Source: an uncultured Rhodobacterales bacterium
GTDB taxonomy: Bacteria > Pseudomonadota > Alphaproteobacteria > Rhodobacterales > CAZPXZ01
Length of the DNA: 64,000 bases
Reading direction: 5' to 3'
NCBI GenBank assembly: GCA_964586735.1
Contig: CAZPIN010000242.1
Location: 257-64,256, forward strand
In this document: in pieces, positions 18,011-27,711 of the stretch
Numbering within the stretch: position 1 is the first letter of the stretch
How the letters are laid out: each line of letters starts with the position of its first letter
The notes under the pieces: model-generated
Seen by the model: the letters and a program-made list of their open reading frames with translations, nothing else
Databases searched by the model: none
Told to the model about the DNA's origin: nothing
Position numbers and translations under genes: made by a program

Positions 18011-19261
18011 ATGCGTACTCTTGCAACTAGAACCATGGCGGCGGCCGCATTCGCGGCGTCCGCTGGAATGGCCCAGGCACAGGACGTGGAGGTGCTCCAC
18101 TGGTGGACGTCGGGCGGCGAAGCGGCCGCGCTGAACGTCCTCAAGGAGGATCTCCAGAGCCAGGGCATCGGCTGGATCGACATGCCTGTGGCAGGCGGCG
18201 GCGGATCGGACGCCATGACCGTCCTGGCCGCACGCGTGGCGGCCGGCGACCCGCCAACGGCGGTGCAGATGCTTGGCTTCGACATTCTCGACTGGGCAGA
18301 GCAGGACGCCCTCGCCAATCTCAACGCCGTCGCCAGACGCGAGGGCTGGGACTCGGTGGTGCCAGCGGCGCTGCAGAATTTCGCCAAGCACGGCGGCAAC
18401 TGGATCTCGGCGCCGGTCAACGTCCACTCGACCAACTGGGTGTGGGCCAACAAGGCGGTGCTCGACGAGCTCGGCATCTCGCAGCCGGAGAGCTGGGAGG
18501 ACCTCGTCGCCGCCATGGAGAAGGTCAAGGCCAGCGGCCGGACCGCTCTGGCCCACGGCGGCCAGGCCTGGCAGGAAGCGACGATCTTCGACGGCGTCGT
18601 GCTGTCGGTCGGCGGCGTGCCGTTCTACAAGAAGGCGTTCGTCGACCTTGATCCCGCCGCCCTCGGTTCGGACATGATGGTCGAGGCGTTCCGCCGCATG
18701 GAAGTGCTGCGCAGCTTCGTCGACGACAACTTCTCCGGGCGCGACTGGAACCTGGCCTCGGCCATGGTGATCAACGGCGACGCCGCCTTCCAGATGATGG
18801 GCGACTGGGCCAAGGGCGAGTTCATCAACGCGGGCAAGGTTCCGGGCAAGGACTTCCTGTGCTTCCGCCAGCCCGGCTCGCAGGGCACCGTGAGCTTCAA
18901 CTCCGACCAGTTCGCGATGTTCGCGGTCGCCGGCTCGGCCAGCCAGAACGCGCAGGCCGCCATGGCCAGCTCGATCATGTCGCCGAAGTTCCAGTCGGCC
19001 TTCAACGTGGTCAAAGGCTCGGTGCCTGCGCGCACCGACGTTCCCAACACCGCGTTCGACGACTGCGGCAAGAAGGGCATGGCGGAGCTCGCCTCGGCCA
19101 ACCGCAACGGCACGCTGGTCGGCTCGATGGCCCATGGCCACGCCAACCGGGCGGCGGTCAAGAACGCGATGTACGACGTCATCACCGCCCACTTCAACGG
19201 CGAGTATGACGCCGCGACGGCCGCCGAGGAGCTGGTCACCGCGGTCGAGATCGCGCAGTAG
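18011..19261 (+). CDS. Sugar ABC transporter substrate-binding protein
   Basis: Signal peptide '[25 protein letters not shown]'. The content is family-1 SBP-like. SD 'GGAGGA'. Confidence 0.85.
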   Translation: MRTLATRTMAAAAFAASAGMAQAQDVEVLHWWTSGGEAAALNVLKEDLQSQGIGWIDMPVAGGGGSDAMTVLAARVAAGDPPTAVQMLGFDILDWAEQDALANLNAVARREGWDSVVPAALQNFAKHGGNWISAPVNVHSTNWVWANKAVLDELGISQPESWEDLVAAMEKVKASGRTALAHGGQAWQEATIFDGVVLSVGGVPFYKKAFVDLDPAALGSDMMVEAFRRMEVLRSFVDDNFSGRDWNLASAMVINGDAAFQMMGDWAKGEFINAGKVPGKDFLCFRQPGSQGTVSFNSDQFAMFAVAGSASQNAQAAMASSIMSPKFQSAFNVVKGSVPARTDVPNTAFDDCGKKGMAELASANRNGTLVGSMAHGHANRAAVKNAMYDVITAHFNGEYDAATAAEELVTAVEIAQ

Positions 19262-19290
19262 ACTCGAGCCGCAAAGGCGAACCTGACACG

Positions 19291-19317
19291 CTCCGGGGCG
19301 GCCATGCCGCCCCGGAG
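19291..19317 (+). other. Perfect 12-bp stem / 3-nt loop hairpin between the SBP and permease genes
   Basis: 'ctccggggcggc-cat-gccgccccggag'. No T-run follows, so it is more likely an mRNA-stabilising or attenuating element than a full terminator. Confidence 0.5.
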
Positions 19318-19351
19318 CACCCATAAGCCACGAACACTAGGAGGAAACTCG

Positions 19352-20245
19352 GTGATTCGGGAAGGCGCCGCGGACTTTCGCACCCGGCTGCAGCGTCTGC
19401 TGCCCAAGCTGGTGCTTAGCCCGTCGCTGGCGATGGTCTTCGTGTTCGTCTACGGCTTCATCATCTTCACCGTCTACCTCTCCTTCACCGACAGCCGCAT
19501 TCTTCCCTCGTTCGGCTGGGTCGGCTGGGAAAACTATTCCAAGCTCTGGCGGCTGAGCCACTGGACCACCGCCCTGACCAATCTGGGCATCTACGCCTTC
19601 CTGTACATCAGCATCTGCACGGTCGTGGGGCTGTTTCTGGCCATCTTCCTCGACCAGAAGATCCGCGGCGAAGGCACGCTGCGTCCCATCTACCTCTACC
19701 CGATGGCGCTGAGCTTCATCGTCACCGGCACCGCCTGGAAATGGCTGCTCGACCCCGGCATCGGCATCGAGAACACCATGCACCTGTGGGGGTGGGAGAG
19801 TTTCCATTTCGACTGGATCAAGAACCGCGACTACGCCATCTACACGGTGGTGCTGGCGGCGGTATGGCAGACCAGCGGCTTCGTCATGGCGATGTTTCTG
19901 GCGGGGCTGCGGGGCATTGACGGCGAGATCATGAAGGCGGCGCAGATTGACGGCGCGTCGAACTGGAACCTCTACCGCCGCATCGTCCTGCCGCTGCTGC
20001 GGCCGGCGTTCCTGTCGGCGTTCGTGATCCTCGCCCATCTCGCCATCAAGAGCTACGACCTCGTGATCGCCCTCACCGGCGGCGGTCCCGGCCGGGCCAC
20101 CGAGCTGCCGGCGACGTTCATGTACTCCTACACCTTCACCCGCAACCAGATGGGCATCGGCGCCTCCTCGGCGGTCATCATGCTGATGACGATCGCCTCC
20201 ATCATGGTGCCCTACCTGTACGCCGAGCTGCGGGAGAAAAAGTGA
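19352..20245 (+). CDS. Sugar ABC transporter permease
   Basis: I prefer GTG 19352 (SD 'AGGAGG' 7 nt upstream) over ATG 19304, which lies in the hairpin loop. It is multi-TM with 'KAAQIDGASNWNLYRRIVLPLL' (EAA loop). Confidence 0.85.
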   Translation: MIREGAADFRTRLQRLLPKLVLSPSLAMVFVFVYGFIIFTVYLSFTDSRILPSFGWVGWENYSKLWRLSHWTTALTNLGIYAFLYISICTVVGLFLAIFLDQKIRGEGTLRPIYLYPMALSFIVTGTAWKWLLDPGIGIENTMHLWGWESFHFDWIKNRDYAIYTVVLAAVWQTSGFVMAMFLAGLRGIDGEIMKAAQIDGASNWNLYRRIVLPLLRPAFLSAFVILAHLAIKSYDLVIALTGGGPGRATELPATFMYSYTFTRNQMGIGASSAVIMLMTIASIMVPYLYAELREKK

Positions 20246-21126
20246 TGTCCAGCGCGGCGCAGACCCAGACCGTGCGCACCGGGCGCGTCGCCCGGACGCT
20301 GATCTACGTGTTTCTGCTGCTGGCGGCGCTGTTCTACCTGTTGCCGCTGTTCGTCATGCTGGTGAACTCGGTCAAGCCGCTGAGCGAAATCACCGGCGGC
20401 AACATGATGGCGCTGCCGCAGGTCTTCACCATCGAGCCCTGGCTGGAGGCGTGGTCGAGCGCCCAGGTGGGAGTCGAGCCGACCGGGCTGCGTCCCTATT
20501 TCTGGAACTCGATCAAGATGGTGGTGCCGACGGTGTTCATCTCCACCGTGCTGGGCGCGCTCAACGGCTACGTGCTGACCAAGTGGCGCTTCCGCGGCGA
20601 CACGGTGCTGTTCGGGCTGATGCTGTTCTCCTGCTTCATCCCCTTCCAGATCGTTCTGATCCCGATGGCCCGCATCCTTGGAATCATCGGACTTTCGGGC
20701 ACCACCCCCGGCCTTGTGCTGGTGCATCTGGTCTACGGCATCGGCTTCTCGACGCTCTACTTCCGCAACTACTACGCGGCCTTTCCGACGGAGCTTGTGC
20801 GGGCGGCGCAGATCGACGGGGCCGGCTTCTTCCAGATCTTCAGGCGCATCCTGCTGCCCTCCTCCGGGCCGATCACGGTGGTCTGCGTGATCTGGCAGTT
20901 CACCAACATCTGGAACGACTTTCTCTTCGGCGCCTCCTTCAACGCGGGCGAAGCGGCGCCGATGACGGTCGCGCTCAACAACCTTGTCCAGTCCTCCACC
21001 GGCGTGAAGGAATACAACGTCCACTTCGCCGGCGCGGTGCTGGCGGCCATGCCCACCCTACTGGTGTACATCGTCGCCGGCCGGTACTTCGTGCGGGGAC
21101 TGATGGCAGGATCCGTAAAGGGATAA
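20242..21126 (+). CDS. Carbohydrate ABC transporter permease
   Basis: 'RAAQIDGAGFFQIFRRILLPSSGP' EAA loop. ATGA-type overlap with the upstream gene. Confidence 0.85.
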   Translation: MMSSAAQTQTVRTGRVARTLIYVFLLLAALFYLLPLFVMLVNSVKPLSEITGGNMMALPQVFTIEPWLEAWSSAQVGVEPTGLRPYFWNSIKMVVPTVFISTVLGALNGYVLTKWRFRGDTVLFGLMLFSCFIPFQIVLIPMARILGIIGLSGTTPGLVLVHLVYGIGFSTLYFRNYYAAFPTELVRAAQIDGAGFFQIFRRILLPSSGPITVVCVIWQFTNIWNDFLFGASFNAGEAAPMTVALNNLVQSSTGVKEYNVHFAGAVLAAMPTLLVYIVAGRYFVRGLMAGSVKG

Positions 21127-21131
21127 ACGCC

Positions 21132-22244
21132 ATGGCTTTTCTTGAAATCCGCGACGCGACGAAGTCCTACGGCAGCGTGGAGGTGCTTCACCGCGTCGAC
21201 ATCTCGGCCGAAGAGGGCGAGTTTCTGGTCCTGGTCGGGCCGTCGGGCTGCGGCAAGTCCACTCTGCTCAACATGATCGCCGGGCTGGAGGACGTCACCT
21301 CGGGGGAGATCGCCATCAACGGACGGGTGGTCAACGGCGTGCATCCCTCGAAACGCAACATCGCCATGGTGTTTCAGAGCTACGCCCTCTACCCGAACAT
21401 GACCGTGCGGCAGAACATCACCTTCGGCCTTGAGATGCACGGCGTGCCCAAGGCGGAGCGGGAGAAGGCGATGCTGGACGTCGCCAGGCTGCTACAGATC
21501 GAACAGCTGCTGGACCGCAAGCCGGGGCAGCTGTCGGGTGGCCAGCGCCAACGGGTGGCGATGGGACGGGCGCTGGTGCGCAATCCGGACGTGTTCCTGT
21601 TCGACGAGCCGCTGTCGAACCTCGACGCCAAGCTGCGCGTCGACATGCGCACCGAGATCAAGAAGCTGCATGCCAATCTGGGGACGACCATCGTCTACGT
21701 GACCCACGACCAGATCGAGGCCATGACCCTGTCGACCCGCATCGCCGTGATGTACCAGGGCCATGTGCAGCAGCTGGGCGCGCCGCGGGAGATCTACGAC
21801 CTGCCGGCGAACCTGTTCGTGGCGACGTTCATGGGGTCGCCGGCGATGAACGTCATCCCCGCCAGGGTGGCGGTGACGGACAGCCGTCCGCACGCGCTGG
21901 TGTACACCGCCGAGGGCGAGACGGCGAGTCTTCCCTTCTCGCAGGCCGGCCTGGCCGCCTGGGACGGCCGCGAGGTGCTGCTGGGAGTGCGTCCGGAGGC
22001 GATCACGGACCCCGACGGCGCCGACCGCAAGTCAGCGAACATCGTCACCCTGCGCAACCGGGTGGGCGTCACCGAGCCCGCCGGCTCGGACACGTTCGTC
22101 ACCATGTCGCTGGGAGGCCGCGACGTCATGGGGAGGATGCGGGCCGACGCGGCTGTAACCGCCGGCGACGTGTTTGACTTCGCGGTCAACATGGAAAAGG
22201 CAGTGGCGTTCGATCCGGCCACCGAAGCGCGCATTCAGGACTGA
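21132..22244 (+). CDS. Sugar ABC transporter ATP-binding protein (UgpC/MalK-like)
   Basis: Walker A 'GPSGCGKST', signature 'LSGGQRQR', Walker B '[12 protein letters not shown]'. Confidence 0.9.
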   Translation: MAFLEIRDATKSYGSVEVLHRVDISAEEGEFLVLVGPSGCGKSTLLNMIAGLEDVTSGEIAINGRVVNGVHPSKRNIAMVFQSYALYPNMTVRQNITFGLEMHGVPKAEREKAMLDVARLLQIEQLLDRKPGQLSGGQRQRVAMGRALVRNPDVFLFDEPLSNLDAKLRVDMRTEIKKLHANLGTTIVYVTHDQIEAMTLSTRIAVMYQGHVQQLGAPREIYDLPANLFVATFMGSPAMNVIPARVAVTDSRPHALVYTAEGETASLPFSQAGLAAWDGREVLLGVRPEAITDPDGADRKSANIVTLRNRVGVTEPAGSDTFVTMSLGGRDVMGRMRADAAVTAGDVFDFAVNMEKAVAFDPATEARIQD

Positions 22245-22310
22245 GGGCGCGGGGCCGCGGCAAACTGCGCCGCCGGCCAGGCTGCCTGACAGTCGCCGAA
22301 AGGCTCCGCC

Positions 22311-23894
22311 ATGAAAGCGTCCTACGACTTCATTGTCGTTGGCGGCGGGTCGGCGGGCGCGGTGGTGGCCGCCCGGCTTTCCGAGGATCCAAGGATCGAG
22401 GTGCTGCTGGTCGAGGCGGGCGGAGCGGGACGGCATCCGCTCTATCACCTGCCCGCAGGATTCGCCAAGATGACCAAGGGCATCGGCAGCTGGGGATGGA
22501 GCACCGTGCCCCAGAGGCACATGCAGGACCGGGTGTTTCGCTACACGCAGGCCAAGGTGCTGGGCGGGGGGTCCACCATCAACGCCCAGATCTACACGCG
22601 AGGCAATCCGCTGGACTACGACGGATGGCGGCAGACGGGATGCGAGGGATGGAGCTACGGGGACGTGCTGCCGTATTTCCGCCGGGCTGAGGACAACGAC
22701 ACCTACGAGAACCGCTACCACGGCAAAGGCGGACCGCTGGGCGTCAGCCAGCCCGCCGCGCCGCTGCCGGTCTGCGAGGCGTTTTTCGAGGCGGCGGAGT
22801 CGCTGGGATTGCCGCGCAACGAGGACGTCAACGGCGAGCGGCAGGACGGAGTCGCCTACTACCAGCTGACGCAGCGGCGGGCCCGGCGGTCATCGACGGC
22901 AACCGCCTACATCGCGTCCGCCAGACGGCGGCCGAATCTGACGGTACGCGCCGATTTGCAGGTACGGCGAGTGCTGGTTGAGGGAGAGCGGGCCCGCGGC
23001 ATCGAGACGGCTGACGGCGGCAAGTACGAGGCCAACAGCGAGGTCATCCTGTCATGCGGGGCCATCGGAACGCCGCGGCTGCTGCAGCTGTCGGGCGTGG
23101 GACCGGCGGAGGACCTGGCCGCGCTGGGTATCCCGGTGGCGCTGGACCGTCCGCAGGTAGGCGCCAATCTCCAGGACCATCTGGACCTGTACTGCATCGT
23201 CGAGCTGTCCGGGCCACACAGCTACGACCGCTACGCCAGGCCCCTATGGGCGGCGATGGCCGGGCTGCGCTATCTGCTGACGAGGACGGGACCCGTGGCG
23301 TCGTCGCTGTTTGAGACGGGAGGCTTCTGGTACGCCGACCCCGGCGCCGCCTCCCCTGACCTCCAGATGCACCTGGGGCTTGGCACCGGCATCGAGTTTG
23401 GCGTGGCCGACATGCCGCAGGGGGGCGTTACGCTGAACTCCTGCTATCTGCGGCCGCGGTCGCGGGGCACGGTGCGTCTGGGCAGCGCCGACCTGGCGTC
23501 CCCTCCCCTGATCAACCCCAACTATCTGGAGGATCCGCGCGACCGCGCCATGTCCATCGAGGGGCTGAAGCTGACCCAGCGAATCATGGCGGCCGAGCCC
23601 CTGCGGCGGTTTGTGCGGGCGGAGCGCCTGCCGGGGCCCGACGTGCGGAGCGATGAGGAGTACTACGACTACATCTGCCAGCACTCCAAGACATCGCATC
23701 ACTGCGCCGGCACATGCCGCATGGGGGCGGACGCGGAGGCGGTGGTGGACAGCAGGCTGCGGTTCAACGGAATCGCCGGGCTGCGGGTGGTGGACAACTC
23801 GGTCATGCCGACGGTGATTTCGTCCAACACCAACGCGGCGGCGATCATGATTGGCGAGAAGGCCGCCGACATGATCCGCGAAGACCACGCCTGA
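22311..23894 (+). CDS. GMC-family FAD oxidoreductase (choline-dehydrogenase-like)
   Basis: 'YDFIVVGGGSAGAVVAARLSE' and C-terminal 'HHCAGTCRMG'. Confidence 0.9.
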   Translation: MKASYDFIVVGGGSAGAVVAARLSEDPRIEVLLVEAGGAGRHPLYHLPAGFAKMTKGIGSWGWSTVPQRHMQDRVFRYTQAKVLGGGSTINAQIYTRGNPLDYDGWRQTGCEGWSYGDVLPYFRRAEDNDTYENRYHGKGGPLGVSQPAAPLPVCEAFFEAAESLGLPRNEDVNGERQDGVAYYQLTQRRARRSSTATAYIASARRRPNLTVRADLQVRRVLVEGERARGIETADGGKYEANSEVILSCGAIGTPRLLQLSGVGPAEDLAALGIPVALDRPQVGANLQDHLDLYCIVELSGPHSYDRYARPLWAAMAGLRYLLTRTGPVASSLFETGGFWYADPGAASPDLQMHLGLGTGIEFGVADMPQGGVTLNSCYLRPRSRGTVRLGSADLASPPLINPNYLEDPRDRAMSIEGLKLTQRIMAAEPLRRFVRAERLPGPDVRSDEEYYDYICQHSKTSHHCAGTCRMGADAEAVVDSRLRFNGIAGLRVVDNSVMPTVISSNTNAAAIMIGEKAADMIREDHA

Positions 23895-23904
23895 GGAGCG
23901 GAGC

Positions 23905-24993
23905 GTGGCAGGCAAGAAGACAGCAGCGGCAGCCCGAGGCAACGCGGCGGAAAGAAACGGCAACGGGCGGCAGCAGGCAGACGCAAACCGGCGGCCGACC
24001 ATCATCGACGTGGCCGAACGGGCCGGCGTGTCCAAGTCCACCGTGAGCCTGGTGCTGCAGAACTCGACGTCGGTGCGCGGGACGACCCGCAGCAAGGTGC
24101 AGAAGGCGGCGGCCGACATCGGCTACGTCTACAACCGCACGGCGGCGAAGATGCGTCTGGCCAACGCCGGGCTGGTGGGGCTGGTGATCAACGACCTGCG
24201 CAACCCGTTTTTTACCGAGCTTGCCGCGTCCCTGCAGATGGCACTGTCGGCGCGGGGCTACGCAGTGGTGCTGGCCAACACCGACGAGAACGCCAAGGCC
24301 CAGGAGGCGACGGTGGGCAGCATGATCGAGCACGGGGTGTCGGCGTTTGTCATATCGCCGGCCTACGGAAAGGTGAGGAAAACCTTCGACGCGATGGCCC
24401 GCGCCTCTCTGCCCGTCATGCAGGTCATGAGGAAAGCGGACAGCAGAACCAGGCGGTTTCCCTTCGCGGCGCCCGACTACGTGAACGGCGGAAAGATCGC
24501 CGCCCGCCACCTGCTTGACCAGGGAGCCAGGCGGATCGCAATCGTGGGCGGCGTAGAGGGGCGCGGAGTCACCAAGGAGCGCATGGCCGGGTATCTGGAA
24601 GCGCTGGAGGAAACGGGGATTGAGCCGTTGGTGATGGCGGGAGAGCCAAGCAGGGTATACGGGCGGCGGGCGGCTGCCAGGCTGGCAGTCGAGTATCCGG
24701 ACTGCGATGGAGTGCTGTGTTTCAACGATCTTGTGGCTTTGGGACTGCTGGCCGGACGCCTGCAGCTTGGACCGGACGCCGGCAGGCATATCAAGGTCGT
24801 CGGCTTTGACGGCATCGAGGAAGCCGAGAGTTCCTGCCCTCCCCTCACCACTGTACGGTGCGGAGTCGAGGAATTTGGACAGCAGGTAGCACAGACCGTG
24901 CTGGACTGGCTTGAGAACGGCATCCTGCCGCCGGGCGAGAGGCGGCAGCCCGTTACCCTCGATGTGCGGGAGTCGAGTCAGACAGGATGCTGA
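23905..24993 (+). CDS. LacI-family transcriptional regulator
   Basis: 'TIIDVAERAGVSKSTVSLVLQN' HTH, followed by a periplasmic-binding-like fold. GTG start as drawn. Confidence 0.85.
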   Translation: MAGKKTAAAARGNAAERNGNGRQQADANRRPTIIDVAERAGVSKSTVSLVLQNSTSVRGTTRSKVQKAAADIGYVYNRTAAKMRLANAGLVGLVINDLRNPFFTELAASLQMALSARGYAVVLANTDENAKAQEATVGSMIEHGVSAFVISPAYGKVRKTFDAMARASLPVMQVMRKADSRTRRFPFAAPDYVNGGKIAARHLLDQGARRIAIVGGVEGRGVTKERMAGYLEALEETGIEPLVMAGEPSRVYGRRAAARLAVEYPDCDGVLCFNDLVALGLLAGRLQLGPDAGRHIKVVGFDGIEEAESSCPPLTTVRCGVEEFGQQVAQTVLDWLENGILPPGERRQPVTLDVRESSQTGC

Positions 24994-25025
24994 CGCGGGC
25001 GGGGTATCTGGCAGGGCGGCTTGCT

Positions 25026-25440
25026 TGATGCGATTCTTGGCGAATGTGCCGTTTAGTATTATATTCTGCGGGAATCGTATCGAATGGCCTAGACAGTTTT
25101 GCACTCCGGCGACAATGGGAGACAGTCTGTGGCCTTGATGCTGGGGAGTGGAGCCAGGCAGGTGCTGAACATGGATACGGGCACTGACCGAGTGCCGTAT
25201 TCGATACGATTCTTGTCGAATGTACCGTTTGGTGTTATATTCAGCGGGAATCGTATCTGATGATCCAAGCAATCCTGCACCTTGGCGGCGAAGACCGGAG
25301 CCTGTACCCTGTGGTGGGCAACAAGTGCGGCAGAGTGCTGAAACGGGCATGGTCTCCAACTGAGCGCCGTATCTGTTATAGTTCTTGCCAGATGCGCCGT
25401 TTGGTGTTATATTCGACATGAATCGTATCGCCAAGGCTAG
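25026..25440 (+). repeat. Three tandem ~172-176-bp promoter-operator-leader units of the AbiE cassette (units A, B, C)
   Basis: The -35/-10 pairs are TTGGCG/TATATT (25037/25060), TTGTCG/TATATT (25213/25236) and TTGCCA/TATATT (25385/25408), each with a 17-nt spacer. The 52-nt cores of A and B differ at about 6 positions by eye. Unit B is flanked by the inverted repeat GATACGATTC (25203-25212) / GAATCGTATC (25248-25257). Confidence 0.75.
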
Positions 25441-25493
25441 CAGTGCAACCCTCTGGCGACGAGTTGCGGCAAAGTCATCGAGGACTGCTACCC

Positions 25494-26276
25494 ATGCGAG
25501 CCAGACAGTATATTGACGAACTAGCGTCCAGGGGCAGGCATCACTTCACTACTGCCGCCGCCATTGAGGCGTTCGGCGGAAGCGAAGGCGCTGCGCGGTC
25601 CAAGCTTCGGCGCTTGAACAAGCAGGGGCGTATAGCCAGCCCTATGCGCTCGTTTCATGTCATCGTTCCTCCGGAATACCGCCGTTATGGCTGCCTGCCT
25701 GCCGAACACATCATCGACCAGATTATGGGGATGCTGGATACTCCGTATTACGTAGCGCTGCTATCTGCGGCGGAAAAGCATGGAGTCGCCAATCAGCGGC
25801 CACAGGCGCTGCAGGTGATGGTTCCCGTCAACCGGCCCAATATCATATGCGGCAAAACGCGTATCAGGTTCATTGCGCGCAAAGACCTCGAGCGAATGCC
25901 AATTGTCAAATTCAATACTCCCCACGGGTACATCAACTACTCGACGCCCGAAGCGACCGCACTGGAACTGGTAGGCTATCCGCGGCACTCCGGCGGATTT
26001 AGCAGCGTAAGAACAGTCTTGACTGAACTGGGCAAAGGGATCAATCCCCAGAAGCTGGTTGAAGCCGCCAAACTGTGCCCTGTTGGCTGGTCGCAGCGCC
26101 TCGGCTATCTGCTGGAATTTACGGAGTTACCGGAGCTCACGACTGCCATCGAATCCTTCGTACGCGACCACGCAAACAGCTACATCTCGCTCCACAGCGG
26201 TCAATCGACCGTAGGCGCCAAGCGAAACGGGCGATGGAAGGTCATCGTAAACCACGAGGCTGATCCAGGCTTGTGA
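25494..26276 (+). CDS. abiEi: AbiEi-family antitoxin/transcriptional regulator (copy 1)
   Basis: 'MRARQYIDELASRGRHHFTTAAAIEAFGGSEGAARSKLRRLNKQGRIASPMRSFHVIV' is the AbiEi wHTH N-terminus. It is roughly 70% identical by eye to copy 2. ORF 25443.. trimmed to ATG 25494. Confidence 0.75.
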   Translation: MRARQYIDELASRGRHHFTTAAAIEAFGGSEGAARSKLRRLNKQGRIASPMRSFHVIVPPEYRRYGCLPAEHIIDQIMGMLDTPYYVALLSAAEKHGVANQRPQALQVMVPVNRPNIICGKTRIRFIARKDLERMPIVKFNTPHGYINYSTPEATALELVGYPRHSGGFSSVRTVLTELGKGINPQKLVEAAKLCPVGWSQRLGYLLEFTELPELTTAIESFVRDHANSYISLHSGQSTVGAKRNGRWKVIVNHEADPGL

Positions 26277-26480
26277 TGTCCAAGGGTTGCATCGACGACT
26301 GACGGACCAGCGCTGCCTGGCGACTGGATGTCCAGATCGAGCAAGACCGGGTACTGAGTCGCGCCAACCCTGCGATGGCCCAATGTCTGGGACTGTGGAG
26401 CGGACAGCATTACGCGACGGCACGGTACCTCCATAGGCCGCATCTTCGTTCCCCTTCTATCCACCTCAGGGCAAGTACCT
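26276..26480 (+). pseudogene. Decayed 5' fragment of an AbiEii toxin gene
   Basis: Nucleotide alignment with 27708-27915 holds for about 200 nt ('atgtccaagggttgcatcgacgacTGAcggaccagcgctgcctgg' vs 'atgatttccaaggactgcattgataagtggcggacccgcgctccctgg'). There is an in-frame TGA at codon 9, and homology is lost after about 26480. Confidence 0.65.
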
Positions 26481-26780
26481 TCATCCGGCGCCGACACTCC
26501 GCCAGTTCGCGGCGGCGAGGATAGTGATGGCAGAAACGGTCGCCCGGAGCCAGAATGGAGGGGCGCCAAGTCAGCGACGTGCCGCGCCACAATGGCGTGA
26601 TGTACCGTCTGTACCGTCTAGTATGAATGGAGGGCAGGCGAGACCACGTCTACGGCTTCAGCTGGTTTTGCGACCTGCTGCGGTACTGGCATGGCTGGTC
26701 AACGGCAACGGATGCGCAAGGGTGCACCCCGCCGCACAGCGACGGCTGCTCCATGCCAGAGCATCCAGCAGGACTGGGGC

Positions 26781-26808
26781 TTGACATCACTGCTGAGTGT
26801 GCTATGTT
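26781..26808 (+). promoter_or_regulatory. Additional strong sigma70-like promoter upstream of AbiE unit D
   Basis: TTGACA (26781-26786), a 16-nt spacer, then TATGTT (26803-26808). The corresponding positions in units A and B are degenerate. Confidence 0.4.
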
Positions 26809-26819
26809 GGTGGTAGTAC

Positions 26820-26848
26820 TTGGCGGATACACCTCTTGGTGTCATATT
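26820..26848 (+). promoter_or_regulatory. AbiE unit D promoter (fourth copy of the repeated promoter-leader)
   Basis: TTGGCG, a 17-nt spacer, then CATATT, followed by 'gaatcgtatcgcc' and the leader 'gcaacccttggcggcgaac', as in unit C. Confidence 0.5.
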
Positions 26849-26928
26849 CGGCAAGAATCGTATCGCCTAGGATAGCCAACGCAACCCTTGGCGGCGAACT
26901 GCGGCAGGACCATCGAGAGTAGCCGCTC

Positions 26929-27711
26929 ATGCGAGCTGAACAATACATCGACGACCTGGCGGCCAGCGGCAGGGGGCACTTCACGACTGCCGCCGCCATG
27001 GAGGCAATCGGTGGAAGCGAAGACGCTGTGCGGGCCCAGATTCGGCGCCTGAACCAGCGGGGGCTGGTTGCCAGTCCCATGCGCTCGTTTCACGTTATCC
27101 TTCATCCGGTATACCGGCGTTATGGCTGCGTGCCTGCTGAGTACTTCATCGACCAGCTCATGGAGACGCTGGGCACTCCGTACTACCTAGCGCTCCTTTC
27201 GGCGGCGGAACAGCATGGGGCCGCCCATCAGCGGCCGCAGGTGATGCAGGTGATGGTACCCGATAGTCGCCCCAGCATTAAATGCGGTAAAACTGTTATT
27301 CGATTCATCGTGCGCAGCGACCTCGAACGAATGCCAATTGTCAAGATCAATTCACCCTACGGGTGCATCAAGTACGCAACCCCCGAATTGACTGCGCTGG
27401 AATTGGTGGGCTACCCGCGACGTGCCTGTGGAATGGACAACGTGGCGACAATCCTGATTGAACTGGGCGAAGAGATCGACCCCAAAATGCTGCTTGAGGC
27501 CGCCAAACTATGCCCTGTTGGCTGGTCACAGCGTCTTGGCTACCTGCTGGAATTCACAGGGTGGCCAGAGCTAGCGGCTGCCATCGAGCCCTTTGTACGA
27601 GACCGCGCAAACAGCTACATTCCTCTGCGCCGCTCCCAAGCGACTGCAGGAGGCAAACGTGACACACGATGGAAAGTCATCGTAAACCACGATGTGGATC
27701 CAGACTTATGA
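26929..27711 (+). CDS. abiEi: AbiEi-family antitoxin/transcriptional regulator (copy 2)
   Basis: 260 aa, a paralog of copy 1. Its stop overlaps the abiEii start (ATGA). Confidence 0.8.
   Translation: MRAEQYIDDLAASGRGHFTTAAAMEAIGGSEDAVRAQIRRLNQRGLVASPMRSFHVILHPVYRRYGCVPAEYFIDQLMETLGTPYYLALLSAAEQHGAAHQRPQVMQVMVPDSRPSIKCGKTVIRFIVRSDLERMPIVKINSPYGCIKYATPELTALELVGYPRRACGMDNVATILIELGEEIDPKMLLEAAKLCPVGWSQRLGYLLEFTGWPELAAAIEPFVRDRANSYIPLRRSQATAGGKRDTRWKVIVNHDVDPDL

Noticed and set aside
25026-25440. The regularly spaced ~175-bp repeats might be mistaken for a CRISPR-like or satellite array.
   Set aside because: The period is far too long and there are only 3 copies. Each unit contains a recognisable promoter/operator homologous to the functional abiEi promoter, so it is a duplicated regulatory unit and not CRISPR.
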